NCBI GenBank assembly: GCA_963817605.1
Contig: CAWFOV010000007.1
Location: forward strand, 37,792-101,791
Source of the DNA: an uncultured Solirubrobacterales bacterium
GTDB taxonomy: Bacteria; Actinomycetota; Thermoleophilia; Solirubrobacterales; Solirubrobacteraceae
Reading direction: 5' to 3'
DNA: 64,000 nt
The notes beneath the pieces are model-generated. The model saw only the letters and a program-made list of their open reading frames with translations, did no database searches and was not told where the DNA came from. The position numbers and the translations under genes were made by a program. The stretch's first letter is position 1. Each line of letters starts with the position of its first letter. This document shows, piece after piece, positions 52,087-63,436 of this stretch.

Positions 52087-54657
52087 ATGATGTCCAGCCA
52101 AGGCGCCACATCCATCACCCCAACACAGTTCGGTATCGAGCAGCGCGAGCTGGACGCGCGCACGGTCGTGATCTCAGTTCAAGGAGAGCTCGATCTGACC
52201 ACGGCCCCACGCCTGAAGTGGATGCTCGTCGATTCGCTGCAGACGGGCCACAGCCAGCTCGTCGTGGACCTCTCGCTTGCCACCTTCATGGACTCGACGG
52301 CGCTAGGGGTGCTCGTCGGGGTCAAGAGAAGCCTCGACGACGGCGCGCGCCTGGCGATCGTCTGCACCCGGGCCAACGTGCTGATGATCTTCGAGTTCTC
52401 CGGATTGGATGGAGTGTTTGCAATCTTCCCAACACTCGACGAGGCGCTCTCCTACGCGCGGGGAAACGACGGCCAGGCCGCGGCCGGCATAGGTCCGCTG
52501 ATGGCGAGCGTGCAGCGCGGCCTTCCACCAGCTATCTGGCCTGGATTGCGCCTGGCGCTGGGGGCCACGGCCGGCTGTGCTGCGCTCGCCTTGTCATTCA
52601 TCCCAGCCGCCACGGCCAAGCCGGACCATTCGAGGCCAGGGTCCGGCGCTGCGGCGAACCCCGGCGGTGCAGTCAACCCCGGCGGTCAAGCCAACAACAC
52701 ACAGCCCGCCGCGCAGCTGCAACCGCAGCAATCCGGAGGCCAGGGCACGCCGGGCCCAGAACGCCATGGCGCCGGGCGCGAACGGCACGGCTCAGAGCAC
52801 CACGAAGCGCCGGGCGCGCGCCACGCTGGCGAACATCACGAACAGCCTGCGGGAACGGATCAGAGCGGCGCACCTCTCCAACAGAATGGCGGGGCAAACC
52901 AGGGCACGGCGGCGGCGCAAACGGGACCGGAAACGGACCGCCTCCAGCGCCATGGCGCCGGGCGCGAACGGCACGGCTCACAGCACCACGAACGACGGGG
53001 GCGCTCCCAGCAGCATTCGGATTCCCAGGGATCCGTCCCAGCGAAGGTGTCCAGCGGCAAGCCAGAGACCGCCAAGCCCTCGCAGGCCAAAACCACCGCC
53101 AAAACCGCTGCGGCGACGGCGAGCCCGCGCCCATCTGCAGGCGCTAGCGCCCCCGCCGCGCCGGCAGCGATCACAGCAGCGCCGGCAGCGTCCCAGCCAC
53201 TCCTCGCCGGTACGGCAGCACAGACGGTCACTGGCCGCTTCAGGCGTGCAGCCGCACGCGCGCGCCACACCGCAAAGCGCGCCGCGAGCCGCGGTCCCGT
53301 CCTCTTCGTGCCCGGACTCCTCGCAGCCGCAACGATTGCGGCCACAGTCTCCCCGGCGCACACCAAGCACACGGAAAGTGCGGCGCGGCACTCACGAACG
53401 CCCGTCCGCCCATCACCTATCGTCACGACGATCACGAGGATCGTCGGTGTCGTCCCCACACCGGTGTGGGCTGCTATCGGCACCCTGCTCGCGCTCGCGT
53501 TCGCGCTGGCGGTACGCTCGCGCCTTGCCGCGTTGCGCACCCGGCGTCTGGAGAAACAGCGTAGCCAGCTGCTCGAGGATGTGGGGCTGCTTCAGAGCGC
53601 CCTGCTCCCCGTCATACCATCTCGACTCGGTCCGGTAGGAACCTCGGTGGCTTACCGGCCAGCGGCCGGACCGGGAGCCGGCGGGGACTTCTACGATGTG
53701 TTCGCGCTCGAGGATGGCCAGCTGGCGATCATCATCGGCGACCTCTCTGGACACGGGCGCCAAGCGTTGCCCCACACAGCGCTCGTGCGCTTCACGCTGC
53801 GGGCATACCTCGAGGCCGGCCTCTCACCGAGGGAAGCGTTGCGAACGGCGGGCAGTGTGCTCGAGCGCCAGCTCGGGGGATCGCTCGCCACCGTCCTGGC
53901 GGCCACATACCAGCCACGCGATCGCATCCTCGTCTACGCCTCAGCCGGACACCCGCCACCGCTCGTGCTTGGCCTTCCGAGAGGGTGGCGCAGCCGGGCG
54001 AAGACCGGCGAGCCGGGCCCCTCTTCTGCCAGTCAAAGCTGGCGCGGGCGGCCACAGGCCAACGGGGCGGCCGCTTTTTCAGTCAGCTCAGCCGACCCGG
54101 TCACCGCCTGCTCCTCACCACCGATCGGAGCCGGCATTCCGACCGGGACCCGCCAGACGGTCCTATCACTGCCGGGGCAGGCACGGGTCTGCTTCCACAC
54201 CGATGGCGTCACCGAGTCGCGGGTGGGGGGAGAGCTGTTCGGCTCCGAGCGCCTCGCGCAGACGCTCGCCGGACTCGGCCGCCAAGCCACCGCAGCAGCG
54301 CTCTTGGACAGCGTGGCCGATGCCACCGACGCGCGGGGAGACGATATGGCTGCGTGCCTGCTGTGCCTCGAGGGAGGCGCCAGTGCGCCGGTGGTACTGC
54401 GGGAGGAACTCCTGCTGGACAACGAGGCGCCGGCCCGCGACCGGACCGAGGACTTCCTCCTCGCATGCGGAGTGCAGCGCCTGCAGGCGGCTGAGCTGAT
54501 CGGATCGGCGGAGCTCGCCGCAGGACGCGCTGGTTCCATGCTGCTCGTGCTGCACTATACGAACGGGCGGCCGCAGCTCACGCTGGAACCCGACAATGTC
54601 GCGCCCTTGCATGCCCACCACGCCCGACGGCAAGCCGATCTCAGGGTGTCACGGTGA
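52087..54657 (+). CDS. STAS anti-sigma-factor antagonist read in frame with a membrane PP2C/SpoIIE phosphatase (possibly two genes)
   Basis: GELDLTTAP...FMDSTALGVL; LQSALLP, GGDFYDV, IGDLSGHG, ASAGHPPP, HTDGVTE, DDMA. Confidence 0.8.
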   Translation: MMSSQGATSITPTQFGIEQRELDARTVVISVQGELDLTTAPRLKWMLVDSLQTGHSQLVVDLSLATFMDSTALGVLVGVKRSLDDGARLAIVCTRANVLMIFEFSGLDGVFAIFPTLDEALSYARGNDGQAAAGIGPLMASVQRGLPPAIWPGLRLALGATAGCAALALSFIPAATAKPDHSRPGSGAAANPGGAVNPGGQANNTQPAAQLQPQQSGGQGTPGPERHGAGRERHGSEHHEAPGARHAGEHHEQPAGTDQSGAPLQQNGGANQGTAAAQTGPETDRLQRHGAGRERHGSQHHERRGRSQQHSDSQGSVPAKVSSGKPETAKPSQAKTTAKTAAATASPRPSAGASAPAAPAAITAAPAASQPLLAGTAAQTVTGRFRRAAARARHTAKRAASRGPVLFVPGLLAAATIAATVSPAHTKHTESAARHSRTPVRPSPIVTTITRIVGVVPTPVWAAIGTLLALAFALAVRSRLAALRTRRLEKQRSQLLEDVGLLQSALLPVIPSRLGPVGTSVAYRPAAGPGAGGDFYDVFALEDGQLAIIIGDLSGHGRQALPHTALVRFTLRAYLEAGLSPREALRTAGSVLERQLGGSLATVLAATYQPRDRILVYASAGHPPPLVLGLPRGWRSRAKTGEPGPSSASQSWRGRPQANGAAAFSVSSADPVTACSSPPIGAGIPTGTRQTVLSLPGQARVCFHTDGVTESRVGGELFGSERLAQTLAGLGRQATAAALLDSVADATDARGDDMAACLLCLEGGASAPVVLREELLLDNEAPARDRTEDFLLACGVQRLQAAELIGSAELAAGRAGSMLLVLHYTNGRPQLTLEPDNVAPLHAHHARRQADLRVSR

Positions 54658-55088
54658 ACGCTTCGCCAACACTCGCCCCGGACACGGCGCTTCTATTGGG
54701 CATGGCGTCCACAGCGCTGCCCTTCGCTCGCACTCCTGAAGACAAGGCCGAGCGCTGGCTGCGGGTCCTGCGCCAAAACGGCGAAGTGGGAGCCGTGCTG
54801 ACAGAGCTCCAGCTAAGCGAAGGACGGCTCCAAGCCACGGGCGAGAACACCGGTGCTGAGCCCCCCTCTTCCAGGATCGACGATCGCGACGCAGTTGAAA
54901 AAGTCACCGAGCACGCCACCCGCGTTGCCCGCCAGAGGGGCGCCGCGAGGGTCGCAACGACCGACGTGCTGATAGCCGTGATGGATGTGTACGGCCCCGA
55001 CTTCGATCACGTGCTTCAAGCACACGGCACGGACCGCAAAGCGGTCGTCGAACGACTCGGCACGTTTGCAGCGTCCCGCAGGGGCTGA
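54654..55088 (+). CDS. Clp N-terminal-domain-like protein
   Basis: ARQRGAARVATTDVLIAVM...VLQAHG; GTGA overlap. Confidence 0.55.
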   Translation: MNASPTLAPDTALLLGMASTALPFARTPEDKAERWLRVLRQNGEVGAVLTELQLSEGRLQATGENTGAEPPSSRIDDRDAVEKVTEHATRVARQRGAARVATTDVLIAVMDVYGPDFDHVLQAHGTDRKAVVERLGTFAASRRG

Positions 55089-55149
55089 AGGCACAGGCCA
55101 GGGTGCCTGCGGAGCACCGGCCCGCGGTAGCGCATGGCCGGGTTCTCGA

Positions 55150-55223
<74 letters not shown>

Positions 55224-55352
55224 AGGCCGCCCAGTCTAGACGCCCGTGTGCTGACACTCGATCCCAGCCGCGACTACCAGCCGCTCGGGCGGTCCTGAGC
55301 TGTCTACTATGTCCCGGGACATCAGTCTCCGATGTCCCGACACTTCACAAAA

Positions 55353-55441
55353 CGGAGAGGGAGGGATTCGAACCCTCGGACGAGGTTTCCCCCGTCACAC
55401 GATTTCCAGTCGTGCCCGTTCAACCGCTCCGGCACCTCTCC
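55353..55441 (-). tRNA. tRNA-Ser(GGA)
   Basis: GGAGAGGTGCCGGAGCGG...CACGACTGGAAATCGTG, long variable arm, GGTTCGAATCC. Confidence 0.95.
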
Positions 55442-55520
55442 ACCGCACTCGCTTGCGATCCAGCGCGGATGCCGAAGGCTACGACACGAGCGCTCGATCC
55501 GTTGCTAGGCTCTCCTCGCG

Positions 55521-55691
55521 ATGGTTCTAGCTCTCAGCAAAGCGCTCAGCACCGACATCGGTCTAATCGCCACCTTCGGCGGAATCGGCGTGGTCGTCAA
55601 CATCATCGTCGTGTTCATCGCCATCCAGATCCGTGGCGAGCGCCGGCAGAACCTCCAATACCGCTCCTCGCGCGGCTCTCCCGGCGCCTGA
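55521..55691 (+). CDS. 56-aa single-TM membrane protein (below the ORF-track cutoff)
   Basis: MVLALSKALSTDIGLIATFGGIGVVVNIIVVFIAIQIRGERRQN..., GC3-rich codons. Confidence 0.65.
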   Translation: MVLALSKALSTDIGLIATFGGIGVVVNIIVVFIAIQIRGERRQNLQYRSSRGSPGA

Positions 55692-55700
55692 TCACGCGCC

Positions 55701-56750
55701 TCAGATGATGTAGACCGGTGTGCCGACCGGCGATTTGCTGTACAGCGCAATCACGTCGGGGATGCGCATGCGAATGCAGCCATGCGAGGCGTCGTGGCCG
55801 ATCGAGCTGTACTCGCTCGGGTCGATCCCGTGGATGCCGGCGCCGCCGTCGAACGACATGAAGCGCGCCTTCAGGGGATCAGCCGGACCGGGGGGAACCA
55901 CGGTCCCAGCGAGCGCCCCCGCCCACGCTTTTTTCGGCACATACCAGGGCGGATCGACCTGCTCCCATTCGATCTTGTGCAGGCCACCGGGGGTTTCCAA
56001 GCCTTCCATTCCGACCGCGATTTCATACGTTTTTGCCAGTTTCAAATGTTCGTAGAAGCGCAACCTGAATTCTGAGCGGTTGACAACGATGTACCCTGGA
56101 TACTTCGCCGCCAGCTCGGACGTCGTCACCGACGGCTTGACCCCATGCGCAGGGACAGCAACCGTGCGGCTCGCGCCGGTGCCGTTCAGCGCCCGCTCGA
56201 CGCGCCCGGCCAGCTGTGCACCGTTGACGCTCAGCCCGGCCACCGCCGGGACCGTAGTCAGCCCGCTCGCGCTCGCTGAAACCGTCGCATCGCGCGGCGC
56301 GCGATTGACGGCCGCGCTCACCTTCGCCGTCAGGCCCCTCACCGCCTGGTGGGAATAGCTGATAACGAGCGGGATGTTTCGCTTGACGCTGCCACCAAAC
56401 AGCCCCCGTGCTGTCCGCGTGAAGATCGAGCCTGCGCGGCTCACGCTCACGGCCTGAGCGACCATGTTCTCCGTGTCCACCGTCAAGCCCGCTTCGCGCG
56501 CGCTCAGCGTCCACTTCTGCGAACCCGCATGCACGGTCACTGGCCGGTTCAAGTTCGCCACCACATCGCGTTGTACCTTCGCCCGTGCAGCCGCCGCGCG
56601 CATCCCCCCGACATCCACGCCGTCGATCCTCACGCCCTTTGCGATCTCATCGCGCCGGCCGTGGTCATACAGATACATCCCTGCCGCTGCCACCACCACA
56701 ACCGCCGCAAACAGCGCGGCGAGGATCCCCATGCCGCGGCGAGAGCTCAT
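55701..56750 (-). CDS. L,D-transpeptidase with peptidoglycan-binding region
   Basis: N-terminal TM, IAVGMEGLETP, GIHG...SHGCIRM. Confidence 0.9.
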   Translation of the reverse strand: MSSRRGMGILAALFAAVVVVAAAGMYLYDHGRRDEIAKGVRIDGVDVGGMRAAAARAKVQRDVVANLNRPVTVHAGSQKWTLSAREAGLTVDTENMVAQAVSVSRAGSIFTRTARGLFGGSVKRNIPLVISYSHQAVRGLTAKVSAAVNRAPRDATVSASASGLTTVPAVAGLSVNGAQLAGRVERALNGTGASRTVAVPAHGVKPSVTTSELAAKYPGYIVVNRSEFRLRFYEHLKLAKTYEIAVGMEGLETPGGLHKIEWEQVDPPWYVPKKAWAGALAGTVVPPGPADPLKARFMSFDGGAGIHGIDPSEYSSIGHDASHGCIRMRIPDVIALYSKSPVGTPVYII

Positions 56751-56862
56751 CGTGGGTTGCAGTTCGTCGGATTAAAGCTCATCACTCGTCTCATCCTCAG
56801 CCCCTCAATGTACCGTTCGGCGAACGCTGCAGATCACCTTGCACGCTGGCTTTCGCCGCCAC

Positions 56863-57609
56863 TCACAAACGCGCCACCACGAGCGCGCAGGCGGTCACCA
56901 CGATCCCAATAGACAACGCCGCCAGCGCGCCATCGAGCGGTGCCAGCAGACCCTCACGCGACAGCGCTTCCTCGGTGCCATCGAGGAGCTCGCGCACGCC
57001 GCTGACCGCCCTCGTGCGACGTCGCAGCTCACGCGCCTGTGAGCTCAAACGTCGCTGCGCCACGCTCATCGCCAAGCAGCCTGCGGCGATCAGCAATCCC
57101 TGCAGCGAGATCCTCTCGGCCTCCACGAAGTAGCCCGCAAAGGCCGGAAACGCTCCCCACCCGACCGCGAACCACATATCGCTATGCAGCCTCCCACCCA
57201 TCAGCTCGAGGTTGTACGCGGGCAGGAACACGCCTCCGGCGAGCACGAGCGGCACCAGCCACACCGACACGGTGAGAACGCCCCCCACACCGATCGCCAC
57301 CGCGCCCACCAGGCTCACGGCCGCCATCGCGATCAGCATACGGTCAGACAGGTTCGTCCCCAGCGGCCGGTCGTGCAGCTCGTCGAGTGCATGCGCCGCC
57401 ACCCCGACCGCCAATCCGAACGCAACCAGACCCCACAGCAGGCGATCGGCATACAGCCGCGGGGCAACCGCCGCGCCGATCGCAAAGTAGCTCAAATGCC
57501 ACGCCGTATACGGCGGATGCAGCAGGGTGATCAGGTCCCCTGCCCTACCGCCACCGCGGGCGTAGAAAGCAGGGCGATCAGCCTTAGCGGGCATCGCCGG
57601 TGGACTCAC
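56863..57609 (-). CDS. UbiA-like membrane protein
   Basis: LHPPYTAWHLSY, AHALDELHDRPL, multiple TMs. Confidence 0.65.
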   Translation of the reverse strand: MSPPAMPAKADRPAFYARGGGRAGDLITLLHPPYTAWHLSYFAIGAAVAPRLYADRLLWGLVAFGLAVGVAAHALDELHDRPLGTNLSDRMLIAMAAVSLVGAVAIGVGGVLTVSVWLVPLVLAGGVFLPAYNLELMGGRLHSDMWFAVGWGAFPAFAGYFVEAERISLQGLLIAAGCLAMSVAQRRLSSQARELRRRTRAVSGVRELLDGTEEALSREGLLAPLDGALAALSIGIVVTACALVVARL

Positions 57610-58312
57610 TCTTTCTGGCCGACATCACGACCCCGCCGCCGAGACTCATCCGCCGCACCTGCACCTCGCGCAACCCGGCGTCCTCCCAATAGCCGGCGAT
57701 CCGCTCCAACGGATGTTGCTCGTAATAGCCTCTGATGCTCGGCCCGAGAAAACGGCCCACCTCGCTCCAATCGCGCGAGGCCATCCGCCCCAGCACAGGC
57801 AACCCGATCGCGGTGTAAAACCGCCAAGCCGCCCGCGCCGGCAGCCACGGGGGCACGCCGAACTCCAGGGACGCCACCCGCCCTCCCGGGCGCACCACCC
57901 GCGCCAGCTCGCCTACGGTGGCCGCTGGATCGTCGACGTAGCGCAGCAGATACGTGAATGTGACCGCGTCGAAGCTCGCATCCGCGAACGGCAGCTGCTC
58001 GGCCTGCCCCTGCACCAGCTCCACGCTGTTGCCCTCACCGGCGAAGCGCGCCTTGGCGCCGGCGAGCATCTCCGCACTCTGATCGACCCCCACGACCCTG
58101 CAGTCCGCGCGCCTGCGCAGCTCGGCTGCGACCATCCCCGTGCCGGTCGCCACGTCGAGCACTCGCTCGCCGGCCACCGGCGCCACCGCATCCACCAGCG
58201 CGCGGCGCCAGCGAGGATCCTGCCAGAAGCTCAGCGCCGCGCTCAACTGGTCATAGCGCTTTGGCAGGCCTTCGAACAGCTCGAGCGCCTGGAGCTTCCT
58301 CGCCGAGTCCAT
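57584..58312 (-). CDS. UbiE/MenG-family SAM methyltransferase
   Basis: YDQLSAALSFWQDPRWR, VLDVATGTG, LPFADASFDAVT. Confidence 0.85.
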   Translation of the reverse strand: MDSARKLQALELFEGLPKRYDQLSAALSFWQDPRWRRALVDAVAPVAGERVLDVATGTGMVAAELRRRADCRVVGVDQSAEMLAGAKARFAGEGNSVELVQGQAEQLPFADASFDAVTFTYLLRYVDDPAATVGELARVVRPGGRVASLEFGVPPWLPARAAWRFYTAIGLPVLGRMASRDWSEVGRFLGPSIRGYYEQHPLERIAGYWEDAGLREVQVRRMSLGGGVVMSARKSESTGDAR

Positions 58313-58352
58313 CTCTCCACCGTACCGGGCGCAAGCGCGGAGGCGAGATAGG

Positions 58353-59173
58353 GTGTTGCGGATGGTCGCGCTGATCACAGGAGCCTCGAGCGGGATCGGC
58401 GAAGCGGCAGCCCATCGGCTCGCCCGCGAGCCGGCAGCTTCGCTGGTGCTCGTCGCGCGCCGCGAGGAGCGCTTGCGCGCGCTGGCGTCGTCGTTGGGTG
58501 AGGAGCGCGTGAGCTGGGTTGCTGCCGACCTCATCGACGACGACGCGCCCGCGCGCATCCGCGCGCACATCGAGGAGCGTCATGACGGCCAACTGCACCT
58601 GCTCGTCAACAACGCCGGCTCGGGCTGGCGCGCGCGCTTCGCCGACGGGGGCTACGCAAACGTGCGCCGCACGATGGCGCTCAACTTCGACGCGCCCGTC
58701 AGACTCACTGAGGCGCTTTTGCCGCTGCTGCGGGCCTCGGCACCGAGTGCGATCGTGAACGTCGCCTCGACCTCCTCGCGCGTAGCGCGCGCGGGCGCGG
58801 GCGCCTACTCGGCCTCGAAGTTCGCGCTCGCAGGCTGGTCGGACGCGCTGTGGGCGGAGGAGCGCCCGTACGGCGTCCACGTCGGACTGGTGCTCCCCGG
58901 GTTCATCTCAACCGAGGGCTTCCCCCAGACCGAGCTCACCGAGAAAGCGCTTACGCGCTGGGCGGTCTCCACGCCGGAGAACGCGGCCGAGGCGATCTTC
59001 CAGGCCGGCCCGGCCGCAAGGCCGAGCGCTACGTCCCGCGCCCCTACGCTTTGGCGGCGGCGTTTCGGGCTCTCACACCCGGCCTCGTCCGCCGTGTCAT
59101 GGGCGGCAGTGCCGCAAAGGTCATGACCACGACGACCAACCTTGGGGAAGGCCCAACCTCGCCAGATCGCTGA
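58353..59173 (+). CDS. SDR oxidoreductase (frameshift near 59010)
   Basis: TGASSGIG, NNAG, YSASK. Confidence 0.88.
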
Positions 59174-59250
59174 GCGACCCGCCGGCCTTCACCCGAACGG
59201 GACGGCCAGCAAGCAGTCCCATCCCGGGCATTGCTTATCGTGCTGTACTC

Positions 59251-61993
59251 GTGCCTGCTTCTGACTTCCACGCCTCGCTCGTCGACGGTCAGGCCGAGCT
59301 GCGCTTCCCCTATGACGAGCGCCTGCGTCAGCTGCTGCGCGCGCTTCCTGGACGACGCTGGGATTCCGCCGGGCGAGCGTGGTGCATTCCGCTCGATCCT
59401 GAGCGCGCGGAGGCGCTCGCGCGTTTGTTCGCCAGCCTGCCGGGAGCGCCGGATGTGAGCGACGCGCTAGCCCGCGCGATCGAGCGCCGCCGAGCCAGGC
59501 GTTCTCACGACGAGTGCGTGCTCGACCTCGCCCGGCCCGATGAGAACTGGTGGCTGAGCTTCCCCACCGACACCGCGCCCGAGCTCGCACAGGCTTTGCT
59601 CGAGCACCCTGATGGTTACAGCCTGCCCGCAATCGGGCGAGCCTTGGTCCCACTCGACGAGCACGCAGCACGACTCGTCGAAGAGCTGCCCACAGGCCCC
59701 TCCCGCCTGCGCCTGACCGACGACGCAGCGCATGCGCTCACGGAGATCAAACAGAGCACTGGAGCTACACCGGGACGCAGCGCGCTGGCCCACGATGTCG
59801 AGCTGCGCCGCGACCGCCGCGGGGAGCACTGGATCATGATCGCCGCCACGCACGCGCCGCTTGCCAGCGTGCTCGCCGGCCGCACCGGCCTGCGCGCACT
59901 GGATGGTCCCGACGCGACGTTCGCGCTGGCGGCCGTCGAGCACGACGCCGAGCCGATCGCCGAGCTGATCGCCGGGCTCGAGGTCAACCGGATCGACCCG
60001 CGCGTGCAGAGCTGGCTGGCACGTGTCACCACCTGGGCGGGCACCATCGAGGTCGCGGGCCCACACGAGCAGCCCGTGTTCCTGCTGCTCGGCGAGCCCA
60101 AACGGTTGCCGCGCGAGCTGCGCGAGCAGGCGGCCAGCGCCCCCGGCGGAGCGACCGTGCCGTTGACACTCGACACATGGAGGCTGATCGACGGGCGCCT
60201 GCGCGGCTTCATCAGCCCTGGGGCAAAGCGCTGCATCGCGGCGCTGCGCGAAGGACGGCCCGTGCCACCATCCGTACTGGAACTGTCTGTCCTTCACGAG
60301 GACCCGACGTTCGTGCTCGCTCCCGGCCACCGCCCCGAGCAGCTCGAGACCTTCGCAGCGCTCGCGGGGGCAAGCGCCGGCAGACCCCGGTATGGCGGAG
60401 GACCCACGATCGCGGGCGCAAGGGAGCATGCGGAGCTCCCCTGCATCCGCGCCGATCCCTTCTGTGTCCCGGAGCTCGACGGCTTTCTCGCCGCGCACGA
60501 AACCTGGATCGCGCCCGAGGCACTCACGCTGCTGCAGGAGGTTCGCGAGGAGCACGCCCACGCCGCAGGCGTTGTGGCGCTCTCGGCCGCGACCGACGCA
60601 CCGCTCGATGAGGAGGCCGCACCCACCCTCGGCGGTGAGCTGAAGCCGTTTCAGCGCGCGGGCGTTCGCTACCTGATCGAGCAGCGGCGCGCCTTCCTCG
60701 CCGACGAGCAGGGTCTCGGCAAGACAATCGAGGCGCTCGCGACGCTGGAGGCCGATGGCGCCTACCCCGCGATCGTCGTGTGCCCGGCGAGCCTCAAGCT
60801 GAACTGGCTGCGCGAGCTGGAGCTTTGGCTGCCCGGACGCAGTGCTCAGGCGCTCAGCGGCACGCGCACGGATGCCCCGATCGCGGCGGCTGATGTGACC
60901 GTCGTCAACTACGACATCGTCGCTGGCCGCCTGGCCGCACTGCAGGCCCTTGCGCCTCGTGCGCTCGTACTCGACGAGTCTCACTACTGCAAGAACGCCG
61001 CCGCCAAGCGCACCCAGGCCGTTCAGCGATTGTCAGCGGCGGTGCCGCACGATGGGCTCGTACTCGCACTCACGGGCACGCCCGTGATGAACCGCCCAGC
61101 GGAGCTGATCTCGCAGCTGCGGATCCTCGGGCGACTTGCCGACTTCGGCTCGGGTACGCAGTTCGGCAAGCGCTTCCGTGGCCCTGACGCCCACCTGCGC
61201 CTGCACTGGCACCTGCGCGCGCGCTGCTTCGTGCGGCGCCTGAAGGCCGATGTCCTGCCGCAGCTGCCGGCCGAAGACACGTGGCATCGTGCCCATCGAG
61301 CTCGACAACGAGCCTGAGTATCGCCTCGCTGAGCGTGATCTCATCGCGTGGCTGCAGAGCCAGCCGCTGCACCTGGGCGAGCTCGACGCGAGGGTCGCGG
61401 CGGCGCTGCGCGCCGAACGCCTCGTGCGGCTGAACGCGCTCAAGCTGCTCGCCGCGCGTGGCAAGCTCAATTCCGCACTCGCCTGGATTCACGATTTCTG
61501 CTCCTCGGGCGAGCGGCTCGTGGTGTTCGCACATCATCGCGAGATCCAGCGCGCCCTGCTCGAGCGCTTCCCAGCGGCGCTGCACATCCTCGGTGAGGAC
61601 AGCCACGCCGCGAGGGATGCAGCGCTGCAGGCCTTCCAAGCGCCTGACGGCGCCTGCAACCAGCTGATCATCTGCTCAATCGAGGTCGCGGGCCATGGCA
61701 TCACGCTGACGCGATCCTCCAACGTCGCCTTCCTCGAGCTCGACTGGACGCCCGCCAAGCACGATCAGGCCGAGGACCGCTGCCACCGCCTCGGCCAGCA
61801 GGACACGGTGAATGCCACCTACCTGCTCGCCGCCGGCACGGTCGATGAGACGATCGCCACTCTGCTGGAGCGCAAGCGCGCGGTGATCGGCGCCGTAACC
61901 GATGGCCGCGCCGAGGATGAGGAGGGGGTAGTCGACGCGCTCATCCGCGAGCTGCGCGGCACGCCCTACCGGCGGCTGCGCGCGGTGGCGTGA
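59251..61993 (+). CDS. SNF2-family helicase with N-terminal HARP-like domain (frameshift near 61275)
   Basis: LADEQGLGKT, DESH, LTGTP, QAEDRCHRLGQ; N-terminal FPYDERL...PGRRWD. Confidence 0.88.
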
Positions 61994-62008
61994 GTGGACA
62001 GTCGGTCG

Positions 62009-62956
62009 CTACGTGTGGTTGTATCCGAGCAAGGCAAAGCTCTCGAGTGCCGTGTCCACACCGGCCTCAGCAGCATCAACCTGCCCTCGCGCCGCGTCGT
62101 AGCCGGTCACGCTTTCGGCAGTACCCGCCGCGGCTAGCGTTCTGTATGTGTCGCGTGCGTGCAACATCGCGCCCGCCAATGCGGCTTGCGCCGGACCGGC
62201 CGCGAGCGGCGGTTCGAGCGCCACAAGGGATGCGCTCGCGGTAGCAAACTGATTGGCGAGAGCTGTGGCCATGCGGCCCACCGCGGCGGGCGCCGAACCC
62301 CGGCGCATCGAACGCCTCAACCTAAGACGTTCTCTATCCAGAACTCCCACCAACCCACCGAGCCGGCGAGCGTAATCAGCGTCCGGGCTCAGGTCGGACG
62401 CTGACTGGCCTACCAGCGTGAGCTTGGCCACGATTTGCTCACACTGCGGCATGTAGGTGGAGAATCCGGTCAACGCATAGCACGCGAGCGCGGTGGGACT
62501 ATCTCCCTGTTTGGGGACGACGTAGATGTCGAGCATCCGGTCATACCCCGAGATGCTCATATGGCTGTAGTTGTATGCCTGAACGTTGAGGAGATTCGCC
62601 ACTTCGGTACGGGGAATCCCGCGCATAAGGGCCAGGAACTGGCGGGGAAGCGGGCTCGGTTCGCCGCCGGGGAGCTGTCCGCTGATAAGGCCGGCGTGAG
62701 TGGAGTCACCGCCCGGGGCCAGCAGCAGCGGATGGGCGATCGGAAGGCCCGGGACCGCCGCCGCGACGGCGGCCGGCTGCCAAGTGGAGGGATATTCGAG
62801 CAGGACGCCCGCCCCAGACACGATCCGCGTCGTCTCTCCGGACGCAACTCCAGGCGTGGCGGGCGCGCCACGGTTGCCGACCAGGTAACCGCAGATCGCG
62901 ACCGCGACGAATAGCGGGACCACGACCGCGGGCAGGCTGCGAATCGCGCCGTACAC
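62009..62956 (-). CDS. Membrane-anchored hypothetical protein
   Basis: N-terminal TM; long ORF in a minus-strand operon. Confidence 0.6.
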   Translation of the reverse strand: MYGAIRSLPAVVVPLFVAVAICGYLVGNRGAPATPGVASGETTRIVSGAGVLLEYPSTWQPAAVAAAVPGLPIAHPLLLAPGGDSTHAGLISGQLPGGEPSPLPRQFLALMRGIPRTEVANLLNVQAYNYSHMSISGYDRMLDIYVVPKQGDSPTALACYALTGFSTYMPQCEQIVAKLTLVGQSASDLSPDADYARRLGGLVGVLDRERLRLRRSMRRGSAPAAVGRMATALANQFATASASLVALEPPLAAGPAQAALAGAMLHARDTYRTLAAAGTAESVTGYDAARGQVDAAEAGVDTALESFALLGYNHT

Positions 62957-62959
62957 GCG

Positions 62960-63436
62960 TCAGCCCGAGCTGTCGAACGATTTGCTGGCGCCCGGTGCGC
63001 TCTTCGCGTGTTGCCGCGAGCTGGTCGGTGCTGCCGGTGTGTGTGGTTGCGGCTTGGCGGGCAAAACTCTCGTCTGCGGAGCCTGCACGGGCGGCACTTC
63101 ACTCGTGGGTTCCGGTGCCTTCGCAGCGACGCTTTCCACAGGGACCGTCACTTTTCCCGCTCGAGTTGACCCCCGCACGCTCGCGGCCGCAGCGATCTCG
63201 ATCGGTGGAGCGCTGCTCAGATGCAGGGGGATCGCGGTGTCGCCAAGCGCTACCGAGATGCCCGGCAGCGGCGCTTCTCGCGGAGGGCTGCCAGGGCTCG
63301 TCGCGCGCCCTATCGCGAAGAAGCACACGAAGACTGCGACACACAGGCAAGTCACGATGACCAGCCCGCGACCATCTATGCCCAGGGGAAGTCTGTCCGC
63401 CTGGATCCAGCGCCTTGTGATGCGCACAGTGCTCAT
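62960..63436 (-). CDS. Membrane-anchored Pro/Ala-rich protein
   Basis: TM segment; ATGA overlap. Confidence 0.55.
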   Translation of the reverse strand: MSTVRITRRWIQADRLPLGIDGRGLVIVTCLCVAVFVCFFAIGRATSPGSPPREAPLPGISVALGDTAIPLHLSSAPPIEIAAAASVRGSTRAGKVTVPVESVAAKAPEPTSEVPPVQAPQTRVLPAKPQPHTPAAPTSSRQHAKSAPGASKSFDSSG

